Shown: positions 38,591 to 51,624 of the stretch, piece by piece
How positions within the stretch are numbered: the first letter of the stretch is position 1
How the letters are laid out: each line of letters opens with the position of its first letter
Assembly (NCBI GenBank): GCA_013265495.1
Contig: MU058844.1
Location: 6,385,260-6,449,259, forward strand
DNA from: Vicugna vicugna
Taxonomy: Eukaryota
DNA length: 64,000 bases
Reading direction: 5' to 3'
Notes under the pieces: model-generated
Seen by the model: the letters and a program-made list of their open reading frames with translations, nothing else
What the model was told of the DNA's origin: nothing
Database searches by the model: none
Translations under genes and position numbers: made by a program

Positions 38591-41031
38591 TTCTAAAGAA
38601 TACATGTTATAAATATCATATCAACATTGAAAGCGAAATATCTAGCAAAGTTCAAAGGCTGAAAGAGTTTTATAGCTGCAGTCTATAAACTACTCTTTAG
38701 ATCTGGCTTGCAAAACTAAAAGAAGTATTTTGGCTTTAATAAGGTGACAAGATTTTGAGAGAGAGAAAGCTGAAGGAAAAAGAGCTTTCAAAATACCAAG
38801 GCTAGAAGTGGTTGGCCCAAGGTCAAGGAGGCCTAGGACCCAAGGGCTTTGACAGTTAGAACATTTCTATGGATAATAGGCTATGTCAAGTTTTTTTAGT
38901 CAAGTAACTACCAAGACTAAGTTTCTTTTAAGCTGAGCTAGTTAGCCCATGTGACTCACCTCAACTGATTCTTCTTTTACAGGTATGTGTAAGTGGCCAT
39001 TACAAAAAATATTTACTAAACACTAACTTTGTGCCAGATATTGTTCTAAATATGCTGCATGTGATCCTAAAACAACTCTACAAGTGAGCTATCAGTCCCA
39101 TTTTACGGATGAGGAAATTAAGTCATGATACAAAATCTAGCAAATTGATATCACAGCTCACACTCTTTACCATTATATTACGTGGATGTTACACTAAACT
39201 AGTACCAACAATAATTTGGGTAAGTAGAATTTATTCATACTCATTCTGTTATTTAATAAAAACTCTATTTTTCTAAACTGGCTTAGCTTAAATTGTCGCT
39301 TAGTGAACAGAATTAGTGATTAGTAATGTTTGCAATAATGTCATTTATTGACAACTAATTGAAATTACAGTGAGAATAGCCTAAGTTTCCTAAAGAATAG
39401 CCTACAGTTTTCTAGAGAAAGGGTTAAGAAATGAACTCTTTGTAATGATCTTCTATACTCTCAGATCTATGATTCAATGTTACGGAGTGAAAGATGAAAC
39501 TTGAGCATTTCAAGATAGTTGCTGACTTAGTGAGTTATTTATTTTTTAACACTCAGATGGTACATTACGAACAGAAGCTTTGATATTCTGTAAAGCAACA
39601 GGGCCATTTTTTTTTATTTGGTTTGTTTCTTTTTACCTACACTGCTCCAAAGTGATATCATATGAGTTTGAAGTATGCAATGCTTACAATGGATACGGCA
39701 TTATTCATTACTATGTATGGCACAGATTGTTTTTTCTGAAATGTAATCTACATACTGAAAGTTGTTGTAATTAACATATTATGTTGATGTAGAAAATTTA
39801 TATTAGAGGAATAATTTTACTTAAGTGAATGAACCTAAAATATTTCTTAACCATATTGATTTCAGCAACCTTTCATGACCAGATTCTATAATCAAGTAAG
39901 GAAAATTCAAGTACTCTAAGAACTTTGAAGCCTGGGAAATATTTTTAAATTTAAACACATTAAAAGTATAACTTTAAAACAAAATTAAAATTTATCAAAA
40001 TGAACTTGCATGTATTAAGGGATTTAAATGACTGGAATCTAATAATGCCAGGTACCTGGATGAAAAGTGAAGTCAGAGAACCATTTTGAAGTTTTCATTT
40101 ATCTGAAGAACACCCTATGGATTGTTGAATTTTTCACATTAAATCAAATACTGACTTTGTGTGTGTATAACTATAATATCAATGAGTAAGAAATCTTTTT
40201 CAAGAATAACTGATACTTAAAATGAAGTATAAGTTAATGTGTGGACTTTTGATTTTCTTTATATTTTGGGGAAATTAACAAAATATGATATTACATAAAA
40301 CATCTTTTATATTAATATACCATAACACTTCAGAAGATATTTCAAAATCTCTAGGGTGTAAGTTAAATGAAGAATTTGAAAAAAATTAGGCTATATTACT
40401 TCTAAATACCCTAAGATATAGATATTTTTTAATGTTTACATTCTTTTCAGAGTTAATAACTGCAGTGCAATTCCTGTTGAAACCATGATATATAGAATTA
40501 TATTACCAAATTAAAGGTAATAGATGTGACAGGCTTACAAATGTAAAAAGCCATCATTAATAAATACAAACTGTCATCTATTCAGTGGAAATAGTTTTTA
40601 AGAGCATGGTTTGACAGTATAATGTTATTATCTAAAATCTGCTGTTTCTAAAAGTTTCTTTCAAAACCTAACTTTACCCACAGTATTTATTAAATCAATG
40701 ACAAAAGGCCAAAATCCACTACTTTGATATATAAATCCAACTTTTTACAATTAGCCTCAACAAATTCTTTTAGAGGGAAATGATCAAAGAATTCAGTATA
40801 ACCCATGGGGGGTTGGGAGAGCAGACCACTGAGTCACAGAATATAATTAAAATAAAAACCGATGCTGTTAATTTTAGAAATAATTTAATTCTGTTTATAG
40901 CAAAAGAAGACATTTAATGAAAGAGAAAATTCAAATGCATATTTTTGGGCAGTTCTGGTTGCTGGCATCCTACCCCTTATCTGTAAAAGAATGCTTGCTG
41001 GCATTAGGTTCCATCAATTCATTTGTGATTT

Positions 41032-41184
41032 CTAAATTAATTCTGAAGGAAACCACAACTTACTTGAAGATCCTGCTGAGCGTCTGTGTGCCTGATTTTT
41101 TTTTTCTTTCTTCACAGACAAAGCACTTCCACTGGTCATGGAAAAAAGGTCTAAATCCGTGTCTTCTCTGCTTACAAGTCTTGC
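41032..41184 (-). CDS. LRRIQ1: LRRIQ1 proximal terminal coding exon (50 aa plus stop); 41064-41184 acts as an internal exon if the GTAAGT donor is used
   Basis: Acceptor ttctctcccattgctcccAG. ARLVSREDTDLDLFSMTSGSALSVKKEKKNQAHRRSAGSSSKLWFPSELI* matches the LRRIQ1 C-terminus as I recall it. Phase 0 with the previous exon; synteny upstream of ALX1. Confidence 0.92.
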   Translation of the reverse strand, partial: ARLVSREDTDLDLFSMTSGSALSVKKEKKNQAHRRSAGSSSKLWFPSELI

Positions 41185-42399
41185 CTGGGAGCAATGGGAG
41201 AGAATGTATACAATCATGAAACAAAATATGGCATTTTCTGAATGCTGCTCACATTACCCCAAATAAACAAACAGGCTCTGTCAAACAACCTTCTTCAAAA
41301 TGATACCACAATCCTTTATTGCTGCCCAGGCAGAACAAATGCACTATGTCAAAGCATTTTTTGCAAATAAGAGCCGATTTTAAAATTGAGGTTTGCTATT
41401 TGAGTCTGCACAACAAAAGAAAACATTTTAGTACAGTAATTTTGATGAAAATCAATCTTAAAGGCAACTGATGAAACTTTAAATCGCTTAACATCACTTA
41501 TTTACCAAGGATATTATTTAATTCTTAGTTGAATGTTAGAAAGGTCACATTGGATTATTTTCTGCAATATTTATATTTTACCATTTATAAAATTCCCTGA
41601 AATGCCTTTCATCCCATATTTATATATTAAAAAAAGTCACAAAAGATCTCTACCTTCTCATTAAGGTTATTATTAATATAAAAATACTATACATTAAGCC
41701 TAATTTGGGAGTAAGGATAAATACAGAGAAATTTCAAGATATTTTATTTTAAGGACATAAGTATTAGGTAATTTATTTCATCTAAAATTATTCTCTGAAC
41801 TTTTATTACTACCTGGGACTGAACTGAAGAGTTGAAAGATCATCACTTCTTGCTTATAAAATATTGTTTTACATAATGTCTAATATCATTAAGTAAGGAT
41901 TTCTTAGGATTCAACCCTGAGGTGGGACAAAATGCCATGATGGAAAGCAAAGCAGCCTCAGAGTAGCTGGGAGTTCACCCAAAGCACACTATGCTTGCAA
42001 TCCCGTGAGAAAGTATTGTCCTTAATGTCCTTCTACGATCAGCCACAAAGACTCATGAAACCAGAATCTAACGATCACCATCCTCTTTCAAATTCACATT
42101 TTTTGTTTTTCTCTTTTACATCTCCCTCCCCACCTCCTTCCCACCCACTCAAATGAACTCCTTGCTAAGTAAGCAAGCTTGCTATTACTGAACTCAGAAT
42201 AGAAGTGAAAACCTAGACATTTCATAAAGGGGCTCATTAAAGGTCCAGTAGTGCATCTGACACAGCAAGTTATTGCAAAAGTATTGCAAATTATTATGAA
42301 AATTCCACATCATTGTTTGTACCACTTCTAGATATATGAGTGCTTTTAAAATATTTTTATTTCGGTTACAGAAAGGTGAGGTATACATAATAGATTACA

Positions 42400-43480
42400 G
42401 AGCTATAATTTACGGGTAATGAAATATATAGAACTTAAACATGAAGTTTAATCATTTTCAAAATTTTTATCCTGAAGCAATTTACAACTCCTATAGAAGC
42501 TGCAGAAATTGGTACTGAGAGTTCCCTGTTTACTCTTCATACAGCTTGTCCCAGTGATATGTGATATCTTATATAACCAAAGTACAATTAATAAAACTAG
42601 GAAATTTAGTGCAATCCCATACTAAACCACAGATCTTATTCATCAGTTTTCATATGCACTATTTTTTTGGTTTGTTTATGTTTCTATGACATTTTATCAC
42701 ATGTATAAATCCATGTAACTACCATCACAATCAGAATAGACAATTGTTCCCCCTTCCCAAAGAAACTCCTTTGCTCTCCCTTTAGAGTCATACTTTCTCC
42801 TCAACCTAATTACTGGCAACCACTAATATATTTCTTGTCACTATAATTGAACAATTTTGAGAATGTTATGTAAATGAAATAATATACTAATACCCTTGTG
42901 AAATTGTCTTTTTTTTCACTCAGCATAATGCTCTTGAGATCCATCTAAGTCTTTGTGTGTATTGAAAGTTTGTTCTTATTTATTGCTTTTTATTCATTTT
43001 CATTGTGTATTCATTGCATGTATGGACCATCATTTGTTTATCCTTTAACTCACTAAATGAGATTTGGGTTGTTTCCAGTTTTGGGCTATTACAAATAAAG
43101 CCACTATGAACATTTATGTATAGGTTTTTGATTGAACTTAACTTCATTTCTCTAGGAAAAATGCTCAGAAGCAAAACTGTTGAGTCAAACAAGTGTATGT
43201 TTAACTTTATTAGAAATTGACACATTTTTTTCCAGTGGCTGAACCATTCTCAGTAGCAATGTATGAGCGATCCAGTTGCTCCATATATTTGTCAGCACTT
43301 GGTATTGTCAGCATTTTATTTTAACCACTCCAATAGGTGTATCATGGTATTATATAGTAGCTTTAACAATCTCCCTAGTGATTAATGATTTTAACATCTT
43401 TTGATGTGCTTCTTTCTATCTGAATATTATCTTTAGTGATCTAGTAGTCAAGCCCTTTGCTCATTTTTAAATTCCACTGT
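42400..43480 (-). mobile_element. Old LINE-1 3' region (L1MC/L1ME-like), left part
   Basis: tggcaaccactaat...cactcagcataatgctcttgagatccat...gttgtttccagttttgggctattacaaataaagccactatgaacatt. Confidence 0.8.
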
Positions 43481-43509
43481 TCAGTTCAATTATTTATACA
43501 AATGATTTC

Positions 43510-43970
43510 TACAATGGTTAATTTTATGTGTCAACCTGATCAGGCCACAGGGTGCCCAGATATTTGGTTAAATATTATTTCTGGGTGTACCCTGTGAGTG
43601 TGTTTCTGGTTGAGATTTGCGTGTGAATCTGCAGACTGAGTACACCAGATTACCCTCCCCAGTGTGGTTGGCCATCTAATCCACTTAGGGCCTGAACAGA
43701 ACAAAAAGGTAAAGGAAGGAAGAATTCGCTCTCTTGACATAGATCTTCTCCTGTCTTTGGAACTCATACAATCGGCACTCCTGGTTCTCAGGTCTCAGAC
43801 TGAATGGAACTTACACTAGCAGCCCTCTGATTCTCAGGCCTTCAAGATTTGGACTAGAACCTACATCACTAAGCTCTCCTGGGTCTGTAGCTTGTAGGCA
43901 GTGGATCATGGGACTGCTCTGCCTCCATAATCAAATGAACCAATTCCTTATAATAAATATTTCCTTATAC
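43510..43970 (+). mobile_element. ERVL MLT2-like LTR inserted in the L1
   Basis: atggttaattttatgtgtcaacctg...ggccacagggtgcccagatatttggttaaatattatttctgggtgt...gcctccataatca...ccaattccttataataaat. Confidence 0.85.
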
Positions 43971-44019
43971 TAAATGAATAAATATATCTATAAAATCTCT
44001 ATTTATAGATATATTAAAT

Positions 44020-45050
44020 ATATAACCATTTTAGTGCTGTGTAGTAGTATCTTGTTTTAATTTAAAGTGTTTATTAATCATTAAAATATCTTCCTTTGTG
44101 AAGTCTCTTAAATCTTTTGCCACTTTTTTATAACTTTTTTTATAATTTTTATAACTTTCCTGATTGCAGGAGGGTTGTGAGAGAGGGGAAACAAAGAGAG
44201 GAAAGGGAGAGGGAGAGGGAAAAGGAGAGAGAGAGGAAGAGAGAGAGAATTTTCCTCCCAGGATGTGGTGTGACTTTTCATTTCTTCTCATTTTCTGAAT
44301 GGTGTCTTTCTAAGTGCAAATGCTTTTAAATTTGATGAAGTACAATTTATCCATTTCTTTTTTGATTTTTGCTTTTTATTTTTCATCTGAGAAATCTTTG
44401 CCTGCTCCAGGTTTGTGAAAATACCATACTATATTTTCTTTGTGAAGTTTTATAATTTGTGCCTTTACATTGAGGCCCATGATTCATCTCAAATTCATTT
44501 TTAAGTTAGATGTGAAGTAGGAGTCAAGATTTGTTTTTTTTTTTTCCATGTAGCTATCCACTTGTCCAGCACCATTTGTTGAAATTTTCCATCTTTCAAT
44601 TGCTTTAGTACCTTTAAGGAAATCAATTAACCTTTTAAGAATGGTATTCCTCTGGACTGTCTCTTCCGTTCCATTGCTTGTTCTTTCTTTGTGAACATAA
44701 CATACAACCTTGATTACTGAGGTTTTAAAGGAAGTCTTGAAAATAGTGTGAGTCCTATTACTATTTTTTTCAATACATTTTAAAATTTGTCCATCTCTAC
44801 TAAAAAGCTTTCTGAAAGTTTATTGAATTTATAGCTAATTTGGGAAGAACTGACATCTCACAATTTCAGTCTCCTTATCTATAAATATGGTATATCTCTT
44901 TGATTTTGTTTTTAAACAATATTTGATACTTATCATAGGGGTCCTGCACATCTTAATGTTAACATTTGTTAAATATTTTGTATTTTAAAAATTGTGATGA
45001 ATACAAATGTTTCTTAAGTTAAAATTTTCCAAAATTGTTGCTAATATATG
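44020..45050 (-). mobile_element. Old LINE-1 ORF2 relic, right part
   Basis: tttgatgaagtacaatttatc...gaaatctttgcct...ccagcaccatttgttgaa...aatttgggaagaactgacatct. Confidence 0.75.
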
Positions 45051-46880
45051 ATTATAATGCTAATTTATGTATGTGCATATTTATATTTATTATATATATT
45101 TATATTTATTATAAATAAATAAATAAATATATATATACACACACACACGTATGTATCCTCCAAGAATGGGCTTGAAGAGTAACAGGGCATACAATGACCA
45201 ACTTTAATAAACAATGACAGATTTCTTTCCAGAATAACTGTGCCAAGCTTCTGTTTTCACCAGTTGGAATCAGTGTCTCTACATTGTTGACAGCACTTTG
45301 CAATCACCAATTTTCTAATTTTTGCCATTCTGATGAATATAGTCGTATAACTTCTTATTTTTATTTTTTATTACTTTGGTCCAACACTGCAAGTTTCCTA
45401 CTCTTGGTCTTCCATGATCTCAGTATCCTTTTAGCATAAATCCTTGATCCATTCCCCTGTCTTGACTCAAGAAAAAAATGTGTATTTCTGTTCTACTACT
45501 ATTTACCTTGTTTTATGTTCAGCTATATCTCTTCAATATGGAAAAAATAAGCATTTATCATTGCTATGTATTTGTTGCACATTTGTATGTAGTATAATAT
45601 GGTGGGATACAGAGGGAGGAAATTAATGTCAGAGCATTAGCCTCATAGAACCATTTTGATTAGTTATCTACCTAATTGGTTTTAATTCATTTTTTAGAAG
45701 TATAATAATTAAATGTAATATCTCTTCCTTTATCCTGGTGTTCCTTGGCACTTGTATATTCCCCATGGGTGCTCAAAAGTGGCTGCTCAACAACCTGTAC
45801 AAAAGTGTTACTCAGTAATATGTAGGATGTTAATAGCCTGAAGTACCAATTCTCCTAGGGTTATCTGCATGCCACTCTATCAGAGGGGTCTCTATTAAAA
45901 TGCAAGAAAATATTTGCTGAGTGATTATTTCAAATTTGTGCATATATCCTATAGATATTTTCATAAACATAGTAATTTTAGTTACTGCCCTAATTTTTCT
46001 CCTCTTTCAGGAAAACTCCTTGAATTAGTTATACATGAGAATGAACAATAGTAGTTTCCAATAGAAAGTACATTATCTTTTTATACTAACTTCTATATCA
46101 CAAGCTAAATTATAATCAGTTTTCTTGGTGAATGTAGAATCTGAGCAAGAAGTATTGGTTGGCTGATGTAAATGAAAGGTGTCATAAAGTTAGGGTCACC
46201 TGATGCATCCATTTTCACCTGCCAAGGAGGCCACACACTTCTTTCATTGGCTAGGGTACCTTCTTCTCTTGAAATTTCTGGAAACACATAGAAAATTTCT
46301 TGTTTTGAGGGGCTCTGTATTTCTAGACTCGACATTGGCCATCTTCCTTCTGTTACCATAGTCTTCTAACATCATATGGTACAATTGACTTCGGCAGTGC
46401 ATGTACAGTTATACTGTCTAGAGTCTACACTCTGGTCACCGTGCTTAGAGCTTAGTAGTTCCTCAAGTTCCAATAATTTGTACTTTATTATTTAGGGTGG
46501 CTGAGTTCACAATTACTTGTTAATTTTTATCCAGTTTGATTATCTGAGGGTACTTTGCTGTTTCCTTCAAGTGTCCTACTCTTCTGAAGTATTCAAGAAA
46601 ATAGTTTCATTCTTATCTAGTGTTTTTTAAAAATATGGTAGCATGCTAATATTTAAAAATCTGCCCTATAGAATTAATATTTTAAAGTAATATATTTTAA
46701 CATTATATTACAAGTCAATTAAATATATTATTTTAATATATAACATTTTGAGATTAACCCCCAAAAGATATAGTTGGAATATTTTCATAATTTATGCTAC
46801 TTATGGACATATTTTGAAGTGCCATTTATGGAGTATGGGTGCCTATAACATTTTTCTGTAACTTTAAACACATTTCTTAC

Positions 46881-46941
46881 CACAAGCTGAACTCTTCCAC
46901 CATTAAGTACATCTGGATCTAACTCAGGCAAGAAGTGATTG
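46881..46941 (-). CDS. LRRIQ1: LRRIQ1 internal coding exon (61 bp)
   Basis: tttttgtcactatgcAG|C AAT CAC ... CTT GTG|GTAAGA encodes (C)NHFLPELDPDVLNGGRVQLV. Phases 2 and 0 fit both neighbouring exons. Confidence 0.93.
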
Positions 46942-48071
46942 CTGCATAGTGACAAAAACAGAAATCATATTATTACAGAAATGTAGAGGAAAAATATGAA
47001 AGACATGCCAAATGAAAAGTCTGAGAGAAATCAGTAACTATAAATACTTTATTACATGTACTTATATATCTCACTTATGGGAAAGGCTAAGCTTCCTATT
47101 TTAAAATAGCTTTAGTGTGTTTAATGCACTATACTAATGCCCACAATTAACTTCTGTTTACAATTAGAACACTAATATTGAGCTTTTCAAAAACTTGTTT
47201 TTCTTAAAAATTATTACTTATTAAATATTCCTTTATATATTATGTTTTCAAAACAGAAAAAAATCCATCAATAATTGCCTACTGCATTATATGTTTAAAT
47301 ATAACTTATTTAGGAGTAAAGGATATTTTAAATGCTTAAGCATGTCTAAAATACATCCTGAAACATTTTGCTTATATTTTTCATTATCTATACAGATACT
47401 TTAAAATCTCTGAAACAGACCTTTTATATCTGGTTAATATACATGGTAATCAGCTATGAGTTATACTATGTTTGTTTATAGTTCTAGGAATGTCATCTTA
47501 TGAATTACACTAAATTGATTATTACCAACAAAATAATTATGTTTGCATTACATAAAATACTTAGCAAAATAAATAATTCTCAAATGTTAATCACTTTATT
47601 CCTACTTTGATCACAATGAAATAGGACATAATAACCTAGATTATGAAATACTATTTTAATTTCACTTTCATTCTTCATTTTTTTCCCATATATTTAAAGA
47701 AATTACATGGATAGAATTGATCACATATGAAGATTTCAATTATTATTAAAAAAAAGTTTCTTTTTTATACATTATAACTTGCTGCTAAGTTAAGTTTTAA
47801 CCCTCGTAATTGTTGGATTTGTTTGTCACTAATTTAAATAGTTATTACCCACAATGCCTGGAAACATTTCCAAAGCGTCATCTACATTTAGATTCAATAT
47901 TGGTTTATCAATTTAATAAATGCTTATAGTAGCACATTTAAAAAAACTGTTTTGTGGATATATGTAGCTAAAATTAAAGTCTTAAAAATTTATATCAAAA
48001 ATATTATCTCTGGATTTTTATTTCCTTAAAACTTCGATTCAATGGTTAAACACATATATGCTTTATGTTAC

Positions 48072-49051
48072 ATTATTTGGGCTGAATTTTATTTCCTCAA
48101 ATTTTATATATTCAAATCCTAATACTCAATCCCTCAGAATATGACCTTAGTGAAGATGGGGCCTTGAAAGAGGTAATTAAGGTAAAATGAGGTCATGGGG
48201 TGGGCCCTAATCCAATATAAGTGGTGTCATTGTAAGAAAAAGAGATTAGAACACAGATAACACAGACTCGGAGGGATAATCACAGGAGGCTGAGACAGGA
48301 GGGAAGCGGGCAGGGTACAACCACTGAAGGAATGACACAGCTATTGACCAGGACGCACTGGTTAGAACCAAGATGGTGGAAGATTCGACTTCCAGTAGAT
48401 CTTGAGCCTCATGGCACACCCACAGGCACCATGACAGTTCCTAGGCTCACCATAAAAGGTCAAAAAGTGGGGGAGGGCTTAATTCCTGGAGATCCTTGCC
48501 CCTTTCCCAAAGTTGTTGGAATAATCCTTTGACTCATTAGCATATGAAATTACAGAGCTCATAAAAACTAACAACTCTGCACCTCATAGTCACTCTCTCT
48601 CTTGCCTTCTGGGATGGCCCTCACTCTGTCTATGGAGTGTGTATCTACTTTAAACTAAACACCCCCCCAAGCTGTGTCCTCTCTCCCTCTCCCTTTTGAG
48701 ATGGCCTGCATTCTGCTTATGAAGTGTGGATCTCTTAAGTTGCTTTTCCTTCTGAGTGAGATGGACCACACTCTGTCTATCTGTATCTCTCTTAACAAAC
48801 TTGCTTTCACTTTACTAAGCCTTGCCCTTCAATTCTTTCCTGCACGAGGCAAGAACCTATTCTCTGGCAACAAGGACACAATGAGAAAGTGGCCATCTGC
48901 AAGTCAAGGAGACAGACCTCCAAAGAAACCAAACTTGCTGACTCCTTGATCTGGGACTTACAGCCTCCAGAACTGTGAGAAAACAGATCTCTGCTTTTTA
49001 AGACATCCAACCTGTGGTATTTTGTTATGGCAGTCCTAGAAAATTAATGCA
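48072..49051 (+). mobile_element. MaLR LTR (MLT1B/C-like) split by a younger LTR
   Basis: gggctgaatt...ggtaaaatgaggtcatggggtgggccctaatccaat in the left part; ...gtggccatctgcaag...cagcctccagaactgtgaga...ggtattttgttatggcag in the right part. Confidence 0.85.
48291..48872 (+). mobile_element. ERV1-like solo LTR (582 bp) nested in the MLT1
   Basis: TGAGACAGG...CTGGCAACA termini; 4-bp TSD aggc/agga; three internal cactctgtctat-like repeats; the MLT1 sequence resumes exactly after it. Confidence 0.75.
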
Positions 49052-49635
49052 TATATTAATGAAACAAAAGGTTATTACCTATTAGGTTCAAGGCCTTGTT
49101 TGTTGCTAAGGGATTTAAATTTTTGATAGCCTCAACCTAGTGAGCTCACCTCTATCCTGTGAAATAAGTAAGATTTATCATCTCACCATAAAGAAGAGGA
49201 AACTGAAGCATGGAGACATTGAAAATTAGTTACAAGACTGGTAAAGTGGCAGCATCAGGGCTGAATTGTTATTTTAACTGCCAAACACAGATGGTAACAA
49301 AGTAACAGAAAATAATATACTATAACTTTCAATACCTGTGATATTTATAAACAGTTAATGAGTACCATACATTTACTTTATGAAGCAGAATCATTTGTGT
49401 GGTTCATCTGTCGACTGTAAGTACTGTAGAAACAAAAGTTCTCAAATTTATTAGGGTAAAAAATATAAAGAGTGATTAAACCTATTCTATACAAGAGGTC
49501 TTTTTATAATCTGCAATATGGTATATTGGCCTTTGGCTGTATAAAGTCATGATTGTTTTAGCACAATTAACCTAGGTTTCACTTTTCAAGATGTGTTTAC
49601 AATACAAAAATCTAATTTAAAGGAAATGATCTCAC

Positions 49636-49768
49636 CATTTCATATTTCTGGAACTAGTTTTTTCTTGAACCCCAACCTGTGTATGAAGCCATTGGTATGT
49701 ATATTCTTTACTCCTTTCTAATTTTTCATTTGTGGTGGTATCCTTATACTGTAATTCTTCTTCCTTAC
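49636..49768 (-). CDS. LRRIQ1: LRRIQ1 internal coding exon (133 bp)
   Basis: ttttttccctctAG|GT AAG GAA...ATG AAA TG|GTGAGA encodes (G)KEEELQYKDTTTNEKLERSKEYTYQWLHTQVGVQEKTSSRNMK(C). Phase-2 end fits the 61-bp exon. Confidence 0.92.
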
Positions 49769-51566
49769 CTAGAGGGAAAAAATGAAAATTTTATTTGTTA
49801 TTTAAAGAGATCAAATTTTGGCCAAGCAATTCACTCTAGGCTAACAATTTTATCACAGGAAAGAAAAAAGCAAAATAATTTAATTCATAGGAGCTAAATC
49901 ACCTCTAAGAAAAATAATGCCAGTCACTTATAAATTAAGTACTTTTCCTGCTTGAGCTTCAAACCTACCTATTTTGAAATATAAAAGAGATGTTTTAATA
50001 CAACCAACATTTTATAGGGTTTGTTTTCTCATTTTTTTAATTAGAAAATACAAAGAATTATTTTTGAGAGACAGTAGAATTTAAAGTCTAATTGTTCTCA
50101 TATTATCTTATCCATATGTAGAATTTATAAATTCTATTGAAGATATCTGAAACAGAATTTTAAGTAAAACTAAGCTTGGCTTGTGTAAGCTAATACATTT
50201 AAGTTAGGAGTATCATTTATATCACGTGTAGGAAACCTGTGTGAATGCCACAGCAGCTACTTCAAAGATGGAAGGGGAACAGCGTAACAGAGAAAATGGG
50301 TATGGAAAACATGCAGGAGGAGAAATTACACAAGGTAAGAATATAAAATAACAAATACAAGGGAACATAAGCTATTAAAAAAAGGAAAAAAACCAACCTT
50401 TGTATTTACATTTAAAATTTACTATATATATGTTTGTATTTTTCCAAAAGCAACAACAACAAAACAACAACAACAACAAGCCTTCAGACATTGCTGCTAC
50501 ATCAATGCCATGCATCTGAGTTACACTGAAGACCTGCTGTTTTAGAGCCTTTCTCCTTGGTCTTGGTTTTTCAGGCCACTTCTTTTTAGGTGCCATCACC
50601 ATGCTGAGAGATTTCTAGCTTTGTAGACTTGATTGACAGTACACCAGCAAAGGGTATCTCTTGAAACTAACTCATGGTAATCACACTCACAAGAATTCTA
50701 TAATTTAAAAGCTGGCATTTAAAATGTCAATTTATTAATTTGAACTGTCCTTTCACTGTAAATCTTCGTACAGAGAAAGTCATCTTATACTTGCAAGCTG
50801 TTTGGAAAACGAAGCATGGTGCAAAGTCTATTTTGAATGTTTGGTGCGTGTGCACACACATTTAAACAGGTACACACAAGCTTAGTATTTGTCATTCTGA
50901 ATATATTGAGGAAGGGACATTTATCCCGTCTTATTTTCCTTAAGAGTTGCTGTTTTAATTAGTGAAATTAGTCTATCAATTTCAATCCAAAGAGATATGG
51001 GAGCCAATTCTCAGGAAAGCTACAATTTAGGATATTTATTGATCTAAATTATGTTACTTAGTAAAGTTAACTTCCTGTTAACGTGTCATGCCACTTTACG
51101 TTTCTAAAACAGTTGTACTTCTTGCATCCTGAGCTTAAGCCAATTCCTCCGTAGTTGCTGTATTAGAGGAAAAATTACTTCACGTTCAAGGGCTGACCAC
51201 TGAATCCATGAGCAGACAGCATTTTGATAAATGGGATTCCTAATATAGAAACTATAAAAAAGACTCAAAGGGAAGATCTGGCGTTACCACATCCAGTTAC
51301 TGCAGTGAGGACTAAGCCTCTGTTCCAGCAGAGTCCCAGCCTTTTATCTGCCTTTCTTGGTTGACCAGACCAAATGTTGAACCCATGAGTGCAATGACAG
51401 AAAACAAGGAGGAATCAGTGACCCTGATAATCAGCTGAGCCCATGGCTGGAACCTACTTACTCTTGATTTGTAGAAGATCTTTTTGTAACAAATGTACTT
51501 TTAGTGAAAAATAAAAATTGTCTCTTTGTCTTAATGTTTTTTAAAATAGTGACATATACTTGAAGT

Positions 51567-51624
51567 AGTCCCTTTTTAAAACGCTCATTCTGAAAAGTCC
51601 CTTTTTAAAACGCTCATTCTGAAA
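51567..51624. repeat. Perfect 29-bp tandem duplication
   Basis: AGTCCCTTTTTAAAACGCTCATTCTGAAA x2. Confidence 0.95.

Noticed and set aside
46219..46277. Possible 59-nt cryptic LRRIQ1 exon (tttccAG...CAG|GTGAAA)
   Set aside because: Weak donor, in-frame stop and no supporting evidence.
50375..50602. 75-aa basic ORF MVMAPKKKWPEK...
   Set aside because: Runs into a (CAA)n microsatellite; no convincing similarity to a known protein or retrogene.
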